Source of the DNA: Chara braunii
Taxonomy: Eukaryota > Plantae > Charophyceae
Direction: 5' to 3'
Length of the DNA: 64,000 bases
Assembly (NCBI GenBank): GCA_003427395.1
Contig: BFEA01000042.1
Location: 2,173,194-2,237,193 of the forward strand
The notes beneath the pieces were generated by a model, which was given only the letters and a program-made list of their open reading frames with translations, did no database searches and was not told where the DNA came from. Made by a program: the position numbers and the translations under genes. Below, one piece after another: positions 1 through 13,234 of the stretch; the first letter of the stretch is position 1, and each line of letters starts with the position of its first letter.

Positions 1-3000
1 GATTCGTGTTTTAACTTCCTCCCACTTTGCAGTTATGATTATCTCTATCTGTTGCTGGATGCTCTCCGTAAATTCTGGTCCGTCCAACCGCACTCCTTCC
101 ATCTCATAGGTGCAGCGTCGTCTCCATAGTGCCCATAATACTGCCCTGCGCCCTTGTTGGAACATATTACGGGTGAAATCGTCTGGGTGTTCCAATAGCC
201 ATATTTCAAACATCAAAGCTTTCCAGTCCCATGGCCAGGGTGCCTCCGTTCCCAACTGATCCCAGATCCTGTCCCACCATCGCCAGAGCCAGACTGCGCC
301 TGGGCATTGGAAGAAGATGTGTTCTATTGTCTCTGGTCTCTTTCTGGATGGGAATGCGTTTGAGCACAATTTGCACCAAGGTAAGGCAAGTCCTTTCTGT
401 TCGAGATTGGTCCTATCAATCAACCAATTGTTGGTTGGCAGACATCGGTGTTCCACTTGCCATTGTAAGGAGATCAGGTTGGCCGGTCTGGATTTGGATT
501 ACTGGAACCATTTAACATTTCTGAGCGAAGCTTTGCTGAGGTTTAAGTGATTCATCCATCTCGCTTCCACTCGGTCTCGCAAGTCTGGCTTTGGCCGAAG
601 CATTCTATATGTTGCTTTAACTGTGATTCCATACAGCGTGTTGGTGTTGATCTTGCCCCTATGTGTTTTGTTCGTCCACACCCACTCGTCGGGGTCGATG
701 GGTAGTTGAGAGATCGGCGTCTCCGGGAAGTACGCCACCCATCTGTCGTCCTCCGTCAACACTCTAATTTGTGAGAGGGCACTCTGGTCCACTCGTTCTG
801 TCCGTTCAGGATTGACTGTGTGGACCGAGTTGTCACTGCTAACTGTGAAGATGTCGACCATCACCGATTCTAGTGATTCCTTGCGCGCCACTTTACCCAC
901 TTCTCCCTGACGGCCCCGGATTAGTACCCAGTCCGATTCTCGTAATTGGGGTCCCTTCTTCAAGATTTTCCACCAGTTCAGGGGGATGCATTCTATCAGG
1001 TTTTCCAGCGCTTCCTCCAGTCTGTGGCAGTACCTCAATTTTTCCTTGAGTTGATCTCTTGTGATCCAGTCTCTGCTGTCCTCATCCCAGATGTCGCCGA
1101 TCCTGAGGACTCCCTTTTTTACCCATCCTTTCCACGGGGAGTCCATGCATCGTAGGACCTGACCGCTTGTGTTGGTTATCTTTCTGTTCCCAAATAGTGG
1201 TTGGCGGACCACCTCCTCCCATCTTTCTGGCTGGATTTTGTCTGGCAGGGGGAGGTGTCTCCATGTCTGTAGAAGGTTTGGCCAGAAGGGTTCGTTGTGT
1301 GAGTGTTGTCTTGCCCTTCCTCTAGGTGAATTATTGTCAGTAGTGGCCGGCCGCAGTCGTCTCCATGGAATTGACCATTCTCTGTTTTCGAGCCATATGA
1401 GGGGGTTGATGTGGGTCCGTGTTTTCGGGGCCAGTCTCGGGATTTGTTCCAGTGCCATGCCTTTCCATGGTGTATTCGGGTAGAAGAGCAGGCGTTTAAG
1501 CCATTGGATGACCAGCGCTTGAACCTGTGTTGTCGGGTCGATAACACCTAGTCCCCCCTTCACTCAGGGTTGGGTGATTGCCAGCCACGCCACTCTGCTA
1601 ATTACCTTATGTCTTTCATGATCCCCTCGCCACAGAAAGGTGGCCAACTGCCGCTGCAGGGCTTTCAGAGAGGCTTTGTCGAGCCCCCAGATGGTCGATT
1701 TGTACCAGAGGGCTATCAGCGAGGTGCGTTTGTCTTTCCAGAGGGTCAGCTTCTCTAGGGGGGCCTTGGTTATCCATTCATTGTTAGTTGGTGGTCTGCC
1801 ATTCGCTGTCAGTGAGATACCTAATACCTTGATCGGGGCTTCTTGCAGAAGCCATCTTACCCTCGGTTGTTCTGGGGGTCGCACCCCCTTATGGTGGATC
1901 CACCATCCCAGGGTCTTATTTCCCCAGTTCACTCTCATGTACGACAGGGCACAAAATCTGTCCATCATCTGCTGAACTCCTGCCATGGACTCTAGGGTTG
2001 CATCCACCATAAGGGTCAGATCATCCGCAAACATCGAGCATACCGGAATAGCCTCTTCGGGGATTGAGGTTAGTTGTATCCGGTGGATATCTCTGTGGAC
2101 TCTCAAATTTGTTGCTAATGCTTCCATTATGATCACGAAGAGGTACGGGGCTATTGGGTCCCCCTGTCTTACCGACCTTTGTATTTCGATCGGCGGTGCT
2201 AGGTTGCCGTTGATCATGACCCTGGTTGTTGCATTTTTATGGAGGATCTGCACCCACCGTCTGAAATTGGGTCCAAAATTAAAATTTTCCAGGCATTTAT
2301 CCAGGAAGATCCAATCCACGTGATCATAGGCTTTTTCGAAATCGATGAAAATAATTGTCGCGTTCTGTTTGGACTGCCTCGCTAGCTTGATCACTTCATT
2401 AACTAAAAGTACATTGTCTTGGATGTTCCTGTTTTTTATGAACCCGGACTGATTGGGATGTATGATGTCTTCCATTACTTCTGTCAGACGGTTCGCCAGT
2501 GCTTTTGCCGCCATCTTATATACCACTGTGAGGAGTGTAATCGGTCGGAAGTTTCTTATATCTGTTTTTGCTCCTTTTTTATGTAGAAGTCTTAGGACCC
2601 CCTGGCCCACGAACTCCCCTGTCCGGCCCTCCTCCCATAGTGCGTTGTAGTACCCCATCAAGTCTTGCGACATATCTCCTCACATCTCCTCCCAAAATTA
2701 TTTCGGCAGGCCATCTATTCCGGGTGTTTTCTCGTTTTCCATCCGCAGCAACGCGGTCCTTACCTCCTCTTTTGTGAGTGGTTTTTCTAGTAGCTCTCTC
2801 TGTTGTTCTGACAGTGTCTTGGTAAGGGGGAGCAAAAACTCCTCGATGGCCTTGGTTCTTTGCTCCTCTAGTTGTGTGCTGCACTCCGAGGTGAAGAGAT
2901 GTTGATAAAAATCTCTCGCTATCTGTGTGCAGGCTGCTGTTGACGTAACTAGTGGCCCGTCATGGTTTTTGGGGTCTGTCAGGGTCTCTATCGTTGTTCT

Positions 3001-3355
3001 TCCAAGTCGCGCTTTAGCCATTGCGAAAAATCTAGTGTCTATGGTTCCTTCCGCATTGTGTTTTTATAGTTTTCCCCGGATCCAAAGGCCCTGCCAGCGG
3101 TGTTCCATTTTTTGCAGGATCTGGGCTTCAAGTGTTTGAATCTCCTCTGCGATTTCTGTTAGGTGTATGGCGTCACTCATGTCGTCTTCTTGTTGCTGGA
3201 GTTGGTGCAGTCGGCGCTGGAGCTTGATTTCCTCCGCGTGGCGGCGGGCTGCGAGAAGCTTTGAGTATTTGTTGCACTTGCGGCCCGAGAATGCCAGGCC
3301 GTTGTTGAACCATAGTATGTCATCGCGGATCAGGTCCTTTTGCTGGCGCCAGTAG
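1..3355 (-). mobile_element. Decayed non-LTR retrotransposon (L1/Tx1-like LINE, family A) ORF2: linker, reverse transcriptase, C-terminal CCHC zinc finger; endonuclease absent (5' truncated); runs off the window start
   Basis: RT motifs KTPGIDGLP, NFRPITLL, QSGFIKNR, IDFEKAYDHV, SVRQGDPIAPYLF, MFADD. Reading through the TAA at 499-501 gives WCKLC...ETIEHIFFQCP. Disabled by in-frame stops (1564-1566, 499-501, ~3065), a frameshift near 2680-2700 and an apparent short deletion after WKDKRTSL. Confidence 0.95.
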
Positions 3356-3703
3356 GCCCAGGCATCTCAAAGGTTTCTAAAAGCTGTTTAAACATAGACT
3401 TGGAAAACAATGAACAATGAAGCTTGAGGTTTACTCTCACAGTACAACCACATTGTATCAAGTTTCGAATTTCCTTGGCCCATAGCCAGAGTTTCGAACT
3501 GGTCACTTGATGCTTAGACACCAGTCCGAGCCCGATTTGTAAGTGAGCACTGTTGAGTTTTGAACCAGGGCCTCGTGAGTGGGGCATAGCTTTGGACAGC
3601 TAGTACTTAAGTAATTTTACCGAGAAGCCTTTGACGTAGGGCCAGTAAAAAACTGAGGAAGCTGACGGGAACCGGGAGGTATATGATCGTGTTCGTAGAC
3701 TAG

Positions 3704-4176
3704 GGGCCTCGTTAGACCCTCCTTGAAAAATCCTCAGGAATTAGGACGAAGTCCTTGGAAAATTTCAAGGAATTCGGCGTCATCGTTACACCGTGTCCTT
3801 GGAGCGTCGGCTTAGAGATTCGTCCTTGGAGCTTTTTGGGAGGGAAAAAGAAAAAAAAAAAAGATAAACAGTTGTGCTTGAGGCTTTCAGCCAATAGGGT
3901 GTCACCACGCTCCCGGTTCGACCGTTGTAACGTCCCCACTACGTGTGTGTCCTCTCATCTCCGTCAATCGGGGCTCCTTGAGCCCAAGGGACCTTAGGAG
4001 GACCCTTTGAATCCAAGGACGCAATGGCTGGCGATTCTGAGGATCCCCAAGGAAATCTCTCGGGAGCGTTTTCACTTTGGGCCTCGTTAATCCAAGGAAA
4101 TTCGGTGGATAAGGATGCGGTGTAACCATGCCAAATTCCTAAAAATCGTCTTCCCAAGGAGGGTCTATCGAGGCCC
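3704..4176. mobile_element. MITE, PIF/Harbinger (Tourist)-like, 'GGGC' family
   Basis: TIR GGGCCTCGTTAGACCCTCCTTG / CAAGGAGGGTCTATCGAGGCCC; TAG on both sides (3701-3703, 4177-4179); close inverted copy at 43470-43941. Confidence 0.9.
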
Positions 4177-5065
4177 TAGGAATTTCCCTTTCATCCGCAA
4201 GGACGGAAACGTGACGAAATGTACTCGGGGGTTGTCGCTGTGCGACCGGGGTGTTCGTGGGTATGGTGGTGTCAGGTTTCGTTTTTCATCATGTGCGCTT
4301 CACGCTGACATCTTTAACAATCACGCGTTAACACGTTTTTCATTTCAAATTTGATGATGACGATTACAGCTACTATCTCGGTGCATGAGTTCATGTCGAG
4401 GGTTTGCTGTTGACTGCTGTCGCGGTTCACATGCTTGCTTTCCTGAAGGCAGTCGGCTAGTATGCCATCTTTCCCCCCCTTTTTTTTTGTTACAAATGAA
4501 AAGAAAAGAAGAATCTCGGCAGTATCTGATTGACTCCCCGTGAGAAACGGGGAGCATTGAAGTCCTCCCACCAATGCAATGTCAGGCAGTTTCATGCTTG
4601 CGCTTTCCAGACTGCTTCTGACTCCTGGGGTGGTACAGAGTGAAATGAAGTGAGCTGCAGCCCGTTTTGTTCCTCGTGCTGGCAGAACGTCCAGAATATG
4701 GGGCGGTACCAGTGCCAGCCAACAGATGTTCCGGTTCCCGCCCCCTACAGGCTCGGAAAAAAACGGCGTGCAGGTCTATTTCAGGCTCGGCATCAATAGC
4801 TGAGGGAAGTACTGGTGGTTTAAGGAACAAATTTATTCGGGAAAGCATAAGGAGAAACGTTGGGGTCTCTTTAGACACACATATAAACCTCTATAATTTT
4901 TGGGCTGATTCATATTTCATGATTACTTTGCTGACAGTTTGCTCTAAACTGGTTTCTTTGCTGCACCACACTCTTTGATTACTTTGCCGGACCCTAAAGA
5001 AGGCTGTGATTTAAGAAAAACAAAAGGCAATTGGGCTCCGGAAGTCCTGGCGGTTCTCTTACCAC

Positions 5066-5103
5066 CTGTCTCTTATACACATCTAGATGTGTATAAGAGA
5101 CAG
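5066..5103. other. Nextera mate-pair junction adapter (two back-to-back Tn5 mosaic ends): assembly artefact
   Basis: Exact CTGTCTCTTATACACATCT+AGATGTGTATAAGAGACAG. Confidence 0.97.
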
Positions 5104-6840
5104 GTCTGACACCCTAACATGGGGGCCATCCATTTCCAGCCCTCTAAAATAATTGCCGGACGAAATGACGGTGTCATCGGGCCTCCCTGCACTACACACC
5201 ACTTTACATGCATTGGGACGCATTCTAGACCGGATGCATTCGGAGTTTTGGACTCATCTCAATGCATCTGGTCCAAATACCGTCCAGATGCATGTAGAGT
5301 GTTGTGTACTGGAGTGAGGCCCATCCTATAACCTCTAGGACTAACCCTTCACTCCTTTTCACCTTCGCAGGGTCCAGGAGATGGGCAGTCTGACACCCAA
5401 AGGTTGGTAGCATCCATTGCAGGGTCCAGAACATGGGCATTCTGACACCTAAAGATGGGGGGCAATGGGGCATCCATTTTCCACTCCTAAAATCTCAAGG
5501 GGTTCCTTGAGATTACTGGATGATAAAATGGCTAAGCAGTCCTATAATCTCTAGTAGGACTAGCCCTGTAGTCTTTTTTGCATTGAATTTTGTTTCCTCG
5601 GAAAAAAAGATAGGTGTGCGGTGCAATGACGCCAGGTCCGCGTGTGCCACTGGATGTTCGGGCGAAATGCGGTTTAAAAGGGAAAGGTACAGATAACATA
5701 AGCATTGCCATTGCACGACCAGAAGTCGAGAAAGGGTATACGCTTGGGCATATATAGTAGGAGTAGGATGGTAATCCATGCTTAAATAAATATTAAATGC
5801 GGCATTACGGATTGGGGCGATTATATTATTGGTCTGGCACATGGGGCAAGTGCAGGTGGCAAGATCCATTCGTTACCGTTCTAACTAGTCAGAGTAAATC
5901 TTGTAGGAAGATGCACTCGTTTTCATAATTGCATTTAGTTTGTCTGCGGTCGCGGATCTGGTGTGTTTTTCTTCTTTCTCTTTTTCTTTGTTGAAAAACT
6001 GCTAAATTAAAATTTGAATTATCATGAGAAAAAGTTTGAGGCCATGGACCTCACAATTCAACCCAGATTCCCCAAAAGAAATAACTACGGGGGTCCGGAG
6101 TGCTGTGCTGAGTTCAGGGCACTGCAGGTCCGGGCCAAGGGCAGTTGGAAACGGCAAAAAAAGAACAGCTTTGTGCGTTTATCTTTTTTTAGGGGTAACC
6201 CAGGTAAGTACGTTAATGTGACCTTTGAGTATCGAATGGGCCAAAAAAGTCGCGTCGGCAAAGAAAACCTCACTGAGTTCGAAAAGGCAACCGAAGTACC
6301 GACGGCCGTGCTGTCAGACCGGGTGTCATATTTACAGGGGTTGGTCGTGGTGTCAGAGGGGAAAACAAAAAAAAAAAAAAAAAAAACGCCCAATGGATAC
6401 TTTTGGACCTCAATCTCTCATTTCGAGTTGGCGTGTGGTTTCTTTGCTGGCGCGTGTTTTTTTTGCCTTGAGGGTTTCAAAACATGCCGCGTCTGCCCTT
6501 TTTTTTTTTTTTTTTTTTTTAATAAACGCCCAGGCTGTTGTAGAGGCAGGGTATCAGGCGGGGGAATACTCTCCGCTGGGGTTCAGTCACTGGAAGTTCG
6601 GAATGACCCACTTGGCCCTCTGGACCTTCCTAGACGGAGTCCTCTACTGGCTTAGAGCCCAAGTCCTATCGCAAGTAGTGTGCCTTCCACACCTCTCGAC
6701 TACAGTCTTCCCCTGAACAAAAGGCACGTATGCATATAATTCAACTTTCCCTTGAAAACTCGATCTTTCGAAGTAGCTCCCGAAAATCCGAATAGTACGC
6801 ACGTTCAAATAGTACGCATGTGTGTAGGATTCGAATAGTA

Positions 6841-6898
<58 letters not shown>

Positions 6899-7882
6899 GC
6901 TTCCCTATCGCCGTCTGATGTGGAGGTCTTCTTGGACTTTCAAGCCAATGGCAGGTCTTGGTGGCTCAGGCGGAACTCGGACGGTGATGGCAATGGCGAA
7001 GGTCCCTAGTAGAGTGCATGGAGACTGCATCGACATTCACTCTCAGACTGTGCGAATGGTGCACACAGTCAGTAGCGAGGCTGACTGTTCGAGCGCTACG
7101 TTCTATCTATGTACAGTCGGGCCTCGCTCCACGGTGACCCTCTACACATCCAGCATGTATACTTCCATCTTCTAGGGGAAGATTCATCCTCATTTTGCAC
7201 ATTTGTTAAGTACTGCCACTCATTGTTGATTATCTTTTCTTTTTCTTTTTTTTCTTTTTTTTTCCATGGCCGAGATGTCTAGGCCATGCCTGGGCCACAG
7301 CCGAGATGTCTAAGCCATGCCCGTGGCTTGGGCACGGTAGAGATGTTGAGGCCCCGTCCATGGCTGGGCAACAGCTGAGATGTCTACGCCACACCCGTTG
7401 CTGGGCCACGGCAAAACGGGTCTTCACGAGTCGTTTTCCAAACCCCCTCCGTGGTCAAAAACAAAAACAGAAAGGAAGGATGGTAGACAACCTGTAGCCA
7501 GTACCTGCCATTTATGCCAATTGTAGAACTGGGGGCCATCGGAAGCAGGAATTTTGTGCAGTTATTTCAGCGACCTTGGAACTGTGCACTGGTCACAGGA
7601 GCAGATGTCTCCCAGGAAAACAACTTGGGCCCTTACCCCACCAGCGTAGGCTGACTGCAGGAAACTGGGTCCGACATCCCCTCTTTTCTTAAACCGCCAC
7701 TACCTTTCCCCCTGTTGGGAAAAGTGGGAATACAGCCTACACTGCCTACAGCACATTTCTTGGGGGCTGGGCTGAACGGCACCGGCCGTAGATAATTTCA
7801 GCAGCGCTCGATATTTCATTTCGGCCTTTGGAACATGCAGGGGCCCACCCCGTGGCCGATATATGTGAAAGGTAGTGGTGCT

Positions 7883-8200
7883 TTAAAATCTATGTTCCCA
7901 ACCCGTGCGTACCCCTAAGTTCCCTAACCTGTTCTTCTTGGCCCAAGAGCGAAGGAACCATAACCTAGCTCTTACCCAGCCTGCTCCGGTTTTCATCATG
8001 ACTTTATTGCACCAATCCACCGTGATCATGTGTCTGAGCATGGCCTTCATCCCCTTTTTCAGCGCTGGGTCCGAAAAATACTTCTGTTGGAACAGCACAG
8101 AATTTCTCTCCTTCCAAATCCACCAAATCACCAGGGACCGAATTGCCGTTGCAGTTTCGGCCACAACGGGGAGATTGGTCTGGTCACCGTGGTTGAGGGG
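7883..8200 (-). mobile_element. LINE ORF2 C-terminal relic
   Basis: AIRSLVIWWIWKERNSVLF matches the post-zinc-finger W-x-I-W-x-x-R-N motif of L1/Tx1-like ORF2. Confidence 0.75.
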
Positions 8201-9040
8201 GGACTAGTTTAGGAATATAAGGGACGGGTCTATCAGGGCTTAATTGGGGATTTGGGTGAGGTTGATGGGGAGGGTAGTAGGTGTGGTTCCCAAGGCGATT
8301 CCAACCTGTCACTCGGTGGGTCGTTCTGTCTTGCTGTAATGACAGTAGGTCACAGGCCAGCGTTAGGGCCCAAAGATTCGCCTTTTGAGTGAAGTAGGCG
8401 TAATGTCCTTTGGTCTACCAGGTTGGTCTGGTTGGTACAGTGCTCTTTGTCTACAGCCGGGTTGGTCTGGCTGAGTAAGACTCTGCTTTTACCGGGTTGA
8501 ATTGTGAGGACCCCGGCCTCTTCCTTTGTTTTGGAATATAAGGGACCACATCTTGAAAAAAAAAAAAAAGTAAGTTCCCTAACCGGCCATGAAATTTCCA
8601 GAAATAGGCAACCGGACTGACGCCTCCAGGAATAGATGGGGCACCAGCGTGCGTCTGTGGTTTTTATATAAAAAAGAAAGAGATTCCAAATTGAATTTTC
8701 GTGGAAATAACTGCACACGGCAGGTCTGGGCGAAGAGCAGTTACAAACAGGAGAAAAAAACAAAAACTCATGCTTATTTTTTTGCAGTTTCTAACTGCCT
8801 CTGCCCGGACCTGCAGTGCACTGTTATTCCTGCGAATTCAAAACTCGACACCGCACTCGCGCGTATTCTACAGGTATTGAATTCGTTGGGCTTAAGCCTT
8901 AAAGAATTAGCTTTAAAAAAAATAATAAAAAAAATCATACATGTGGCGCATCACGTGCGCCTGCACGTGATGTGGGGCACTAACAAAATTAAAAAAAAAA
9001 GAAAAAAAAAAGGGTAGGCAGTGGTAACCAAAATTGTAAG

Positions 9041-9408
9041 TCCTAAGACTATCTAGAGGGGACCCCTGCAAGCATAATTTTCCTCTCTCTGTGAAGGGGA
9101 GATTTCATGTTGCCCCTTGCCCCTAATGGTTAGGGTATAGGGTTGGGGCCGCCAGTGGGGGTCTGGCTAACACAAAGACCGAGACCTGCCAGTAGCTGTG
9201 CCTCCCTTTCTCATCGTCCCCCACCCTTCATCGAGTAGCAGCAGAGGCTATGGCCTGTCTCTTATACACATCTAGATGTGTATAAGAGACAGCCCACACA
9301 CCACACACAACCCACTCGCGCTTACACTCACACCTGTCTTGGTCATAGACCCCGCTAATACTGATCAGGGGTATCCAGAGGACTATCACAGTCCGTTGGC
9401 ACTAAGTG
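9041..9408 (-). repeat. Second copy of the 11663-12002 SINE-like body, interrupted by adapter sequence
   Basis: Near-identical to 11663-12002; the adapter replaces the 9 nt CAACACTCT present in the other copy. Confidence 0.85.
9255..9292. other. Nextera mate-pair junction adapter (artefact)
   Basis: Exact 38-bp junction sequence. Confidence 0.97.
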
Positions 9409-9440
9409 CTTATACACATCTAGATGTGTATAAAAGACAG
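9409..9440. other. Partial Nextera junction adapter (artefact)
   Basis: CTTATACACATCTAGATGTGTATAAAAGACAG (1 mismatch). Confidence 0.92.
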
Positions 9441-9463
9441 GTAACAAACAGAAGTTGAGAGAA

Positions 9464-9494
<31 letters not shown>

Positions 9495-9653
9495 TGTAAG
9501 TCCAACCAAAAAGAAATATTTTGGGGACACTCCGTACTACTCATTGGATCTATTTTCTTTTCCAGAAGGTCCCCTGCAAGGTCATGAGGGTTTTCATGCT
9601 TTTGGAAGGAGATTCATTGAACTGCGGGGAGACCACGAGCAGGCCAGCAATAT

Positions 9654-9858
9654 GGGCCTCGTTAGACCCTCCCTGGAAAGCCGATTCTTAGGAATTGGGC
9701 GTCGTTACACCCCATCCTTTTTCTCCAAATTCCTTGGAAAAATGTGAACCCCCCCCTGGAGAGAATTCCTTGGGTTCCTTAGAATGCCCGGGCAAAACGT
9801 CCTTGGATTGTAGGGGTCCTCGCAAGGTCCCTTGGGCTGAAGGAGCCGCGATTGACAG
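9654..9858. mobile_element. Truncated GGGC-family MITE
   Basis: Starts with TIR GGGCCTCGTTAGACCCTCC and aligns with 43470-43680; no right TIR. Confidence 0.75.
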
Positions 9859-11439
9859 ATCGTTGTGGAACTCATGCCGACAACAGGATCTGGAGTCAAT
9901 GGTGGTGTAGAGGTCGTCCGTGGTCCATCAGGCGGACTCCGCCGGCCTCCAGTAGCCGATGGACCCCCAAGGGCATTTTACCGTTACCGTTGGCGCGGAA
10001 ATGCGTAGGGGCAGTTCTTCAGCTCTGAGGCACTTGGTGTCGTCGGGCATGGTGTCCAATGGTCAAGTCTTTCGTGTTTTGTACGGCCGATGTATAAGCA
10101 GTGCCGGTCGACAGCAGTCCTCGCCAGTGTGTATTGTCGGCTATTGACGGTCGCACAGGAGATAGCTTTGTTTACTGCATGCCTCGCCTGGTGCGATTCA
10201 TGGCAGGCGTCCTCCGACGGGTCCCGCTCCTGCTGCGGGCCACTCTTCTCCTGCTCCTTGTCGTCTTGTTGCATGTCTGTGTCGTTGTGCGGGGCCCTGG
10301 CAGCAGACGAAAACGACGAGTTGTGAGGAAGACGACGATGACACTGGTACGGTGATGGTCCTGAGTGCTGGTCACATTGAGGTAGGATAGTGGGGACAGG
10401 GGGGACGATGGGAGTATTAACGTGGGGATGGGTGGGGTAGGTGGCCTGCCCTGTCAGGACAACCATTGGCTGCTGCTACCAGCAATCACCGTGGGTCTGG
10501 TCCTCGGCCTCTACAACACCCTGGGCTTTCACACAAAAAAAAAAAAAAAAAAAAGAGGATCTTGTGCTAGAACGTGGAGTCATACGCCGCTATATGTTTT
10601 TTTCTCTTGTGCATGTGGTGAGTAGAGTCCCACGGCCTGTCTGCTTTCAAATGTCAAGGCCTGGAACCTTCCCGAATTTCCATTGGTCTGCTGCTGCTTG
10701 GGCCTTTGAGTCGTGACTTTTCGATTTTGGCATATTATTTTGACTGTGGACTATGACTCCTGCCACTAGGACACGAATCTGGCCTGTGGAACTGCCCTTT
10801 ACTCATGAAATGTGACTCTTCAATATGACTTTTCATTATGAAACGTGATTTTTGCCCCTAAGATGTGACTGTTTGCTGGGTGTCCGTTGGACTGGACTGC
10901 TAAGATACCCGACTATGACCTAAGACCTTTATGAAATTGACTGACTCGACCCTTTCTTGGTCAGGGCCTCTGACCCTGAGAACTGAATTTGGGGTCTGAA
11001 TAGTGGAAGGCCTTTCGGCATGTGGTGAGTAGAGGCCCTTAGGGCCACTGCACATATTCCTAAGAAAAGAAAAAAGAGAAAAAAACAAAAGAAAAATGAG
11101 AAAATAATAGAAAAACGAGAAAACAAAAGACAAACGAGAAACAAAAGAAAAACGAGAAAACAGAGAATTAGTGACCCATAACTGTGATGCACAGAGTGCC
11201 ACAGACCTGAATTCGAATCCAGACTATATATTCTCGGCCCACACAGGCAGTCTACAAGTCTAATGTCCATCTCTGCTCCGCGAGGGATCCTTGCTAGTCC
11301 GTAGGGGCCCTTGAAAAATGAGACTGGACAAATAGATTGGAGCATTTGTCAAAAAAAAAAAAAAAAAAGGACATGCGCACACATGTGCTCACAGTGTTGG
11401 GGGATGGGGTGGCCCCAACTTTTTTCACTCTTAAAGACC

Positions 11440-11600
11440 ATTTCGTCAAAATGGACATTTTTTAATTTTTTGAACGAAATTGAAACCAAGTTTTTTGGCC
11501 GAAAACTCGTCAAAATTTGATGTTCCTGAGGGTCCAGCGTTTTACAAACGCTGCCCCTGGCTGTACATGGACCTGGCTTGAGACCAGGCACCTCCAGGCC
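11440..11600. repeat. Dispersed repeat ending in CCAGG; homolog at 52820-52981
   Basis: Shared AAATGGACAT...AAATTGAAACC.AGTTTTTTGGCCGAAAAC...GAGGGTCC...GCTTGAGACCAG...CCAGG. Confidence 0.75.
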
Positions 11601-11662
11601 GGACTTCTGTTCTTTCTACACTCTTCTCTCAACTTCTGTTCCTTTTGCCTTCCATTACCTAC

Positions 11663-12075
11663 TCCTAAGACTATCTAGAGGGGACCCCTGCAAGCATAGT
11701 TTTTCCTCTCTCTGTGAAGGGGAGATTTCATGTTGCCCCTTGCCCCTAGTGGTTAGGGTATAGGGTTGAGGCCGCCAGTGGGGGTCTGGCTAACACAAAG
11801 ACCGAGACCTGCCAGTAGCTGTGCCTCCCTTTCTCATCGTCCCCCACCCTTCATCGAGTAGCAGCAGAGGCTATGGCCAACACTCTCCCACACACCACAC
11901 ACAACCCACTCGCGCTCACACTCACACCCGTGTTGGTCATAGACCCCGCTAATACCGATCAGGGGTATCCAGAGGACTGTCACAGTCCGTTGGCACTAAG
12001 TGCGCCACAGGCAGCCATGGAGCTTGAACCCACAACCTCCTGAATGCCACTTGCATGCCTAACCAACTGAGCTTA
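11663..12075 (-). mobile_element. tRNA-derived SINE-like element (~410 bp)
   Basis: Minus strand has A-box-like TAAGCTCAGTTGG (12063-12075) and B-box-like GGTTCAAGCTCC (12019-12030) at tRNA-like spacing, with no acceptor stem. The body is repeated at 9041-9408 with the same end. No poly(A) tail seen. Confidence 0.55.
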
Positions 12076-12997
12076 TTTTTTGTTGGTGACATCACCTCTG
12101 AATTTTTTATTTATTTATTTTTTATATATATAGGGGTTGGGGGGCCCTGGGGGGCATCACTCGTCACTCCTGAACATACACACACACACACACCATACTC
12201 ACACTCACACCCAGACACCCCATAGACACCCCACACACACCCCACACACCACATACACATGAGGACGCCCTCGGCAGCCCCCTAATTTGCGCTCGGCCGA
12301 ACATGTTCTGTTTGCGCTCGGTCGAGCGTCCGAACACGTTCGGCTGCTCGGTGGGGCGCCGAACATGTTCGGTGTGCTACACAGATTTTTTATTTTAAAT
12401 TTGGTGACGAATTTTGATGTGACCCTGAGGCAAAAGTTGTTCAGTTTATTTTTCTGCAGGTCAAATTTGTTTTTTCAGATTATTTGGAATTTGGCTGGTT
12501 TTTTTTTTTTTGCTGGGACCTTCCTTGGTCCTTGCACGGGCTGGCCACCCGGGACCCGGGCGGCCCGGCTGGTAGCCTAGCACCTTATGAGGGCAAACAT
12601 GGCCCTCAGCTTGGAGATTAACAATCTTAGAGAGACATTATACCACAGCAACACACATAGAATACTCCCCGTCTCCCGGCTAATTAGGCTTATGCTCACT
12701 TTTCTCCTCTTACTCTCTTTTAATGCTATGCTCACCATGATCATCACACAAGGAGATGCGGCTTGAAGGATTCATGTACAGAGCAGTTGTGTGTTCATCA
12801 GAATTCTGCATTATTGAAGACTGAAGTTCTTCCAAAGGTGGGGAGAATTGGCACATCTATACTGGATAGAGGATGAATGTGCTCATGGGTCGGAAGCTGC
12901 GCATAAGACCGGATGCAGCCTATAAACCTACAGTGGAACTGTAGTACCACAGCTTGCAGTGGGGTTTGTGGCATTTTGTGCCATAGGGTAATGTATT

Positions 12998-13041
<44 letters not shown>

Positions 13042-13234
13042 CACACACACACAGAGAAGGGGCCCCGGGATAAAGCTGGAGACTCTCCTAAGGACGTGTA
13101 ATTCAGACGCAGCATGGATAGGATAGTAGACACCAGAAAATGATGATGAAGATATCATGATGATGAAGAAGAGATAAGGAAATGAATACGACATTATATC
13201 AAAACACTATAATCTCTCATCGTCAGTACGCGTT

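Noticed and set aside
1564-1566. Programmed stop read-through between the RT and C-terminal ORFs
   Set aside because: The same copy has other stops, a frameshift and a deletion; simple decay explains it.
5066-5103. Tn5/IS50 transposon ends or horizontal transfer
   Set aside because: Exact synthetic mosaic-end junction from Nextera mate-pair libraries.
8950-8985. Helitron 3' end (hairpin + CTAA)
   Set aside because: Not followed by T, and no matching 5' TC end or second copy identified.
9984-10466. 160-aa minus-strand ORF
   Set aside because: Low complexity with no recognisable motif; possibly a retroelement ORF1 relic but unsupported.
12012-12075. Functional tRNA gene (also 55291-55360)
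   Set aside because: A/B boxes are present but there is no acceptor stem or proper anticodon arm.
12290-12375. Three CCGAACAYGTTC(G/T)G palindromes as a regulatory array
   Set aside because: Most likely subterminal motifs of a decayed DNA transposon; the adjacent 12385-12445 is repeated near 23510-23570.
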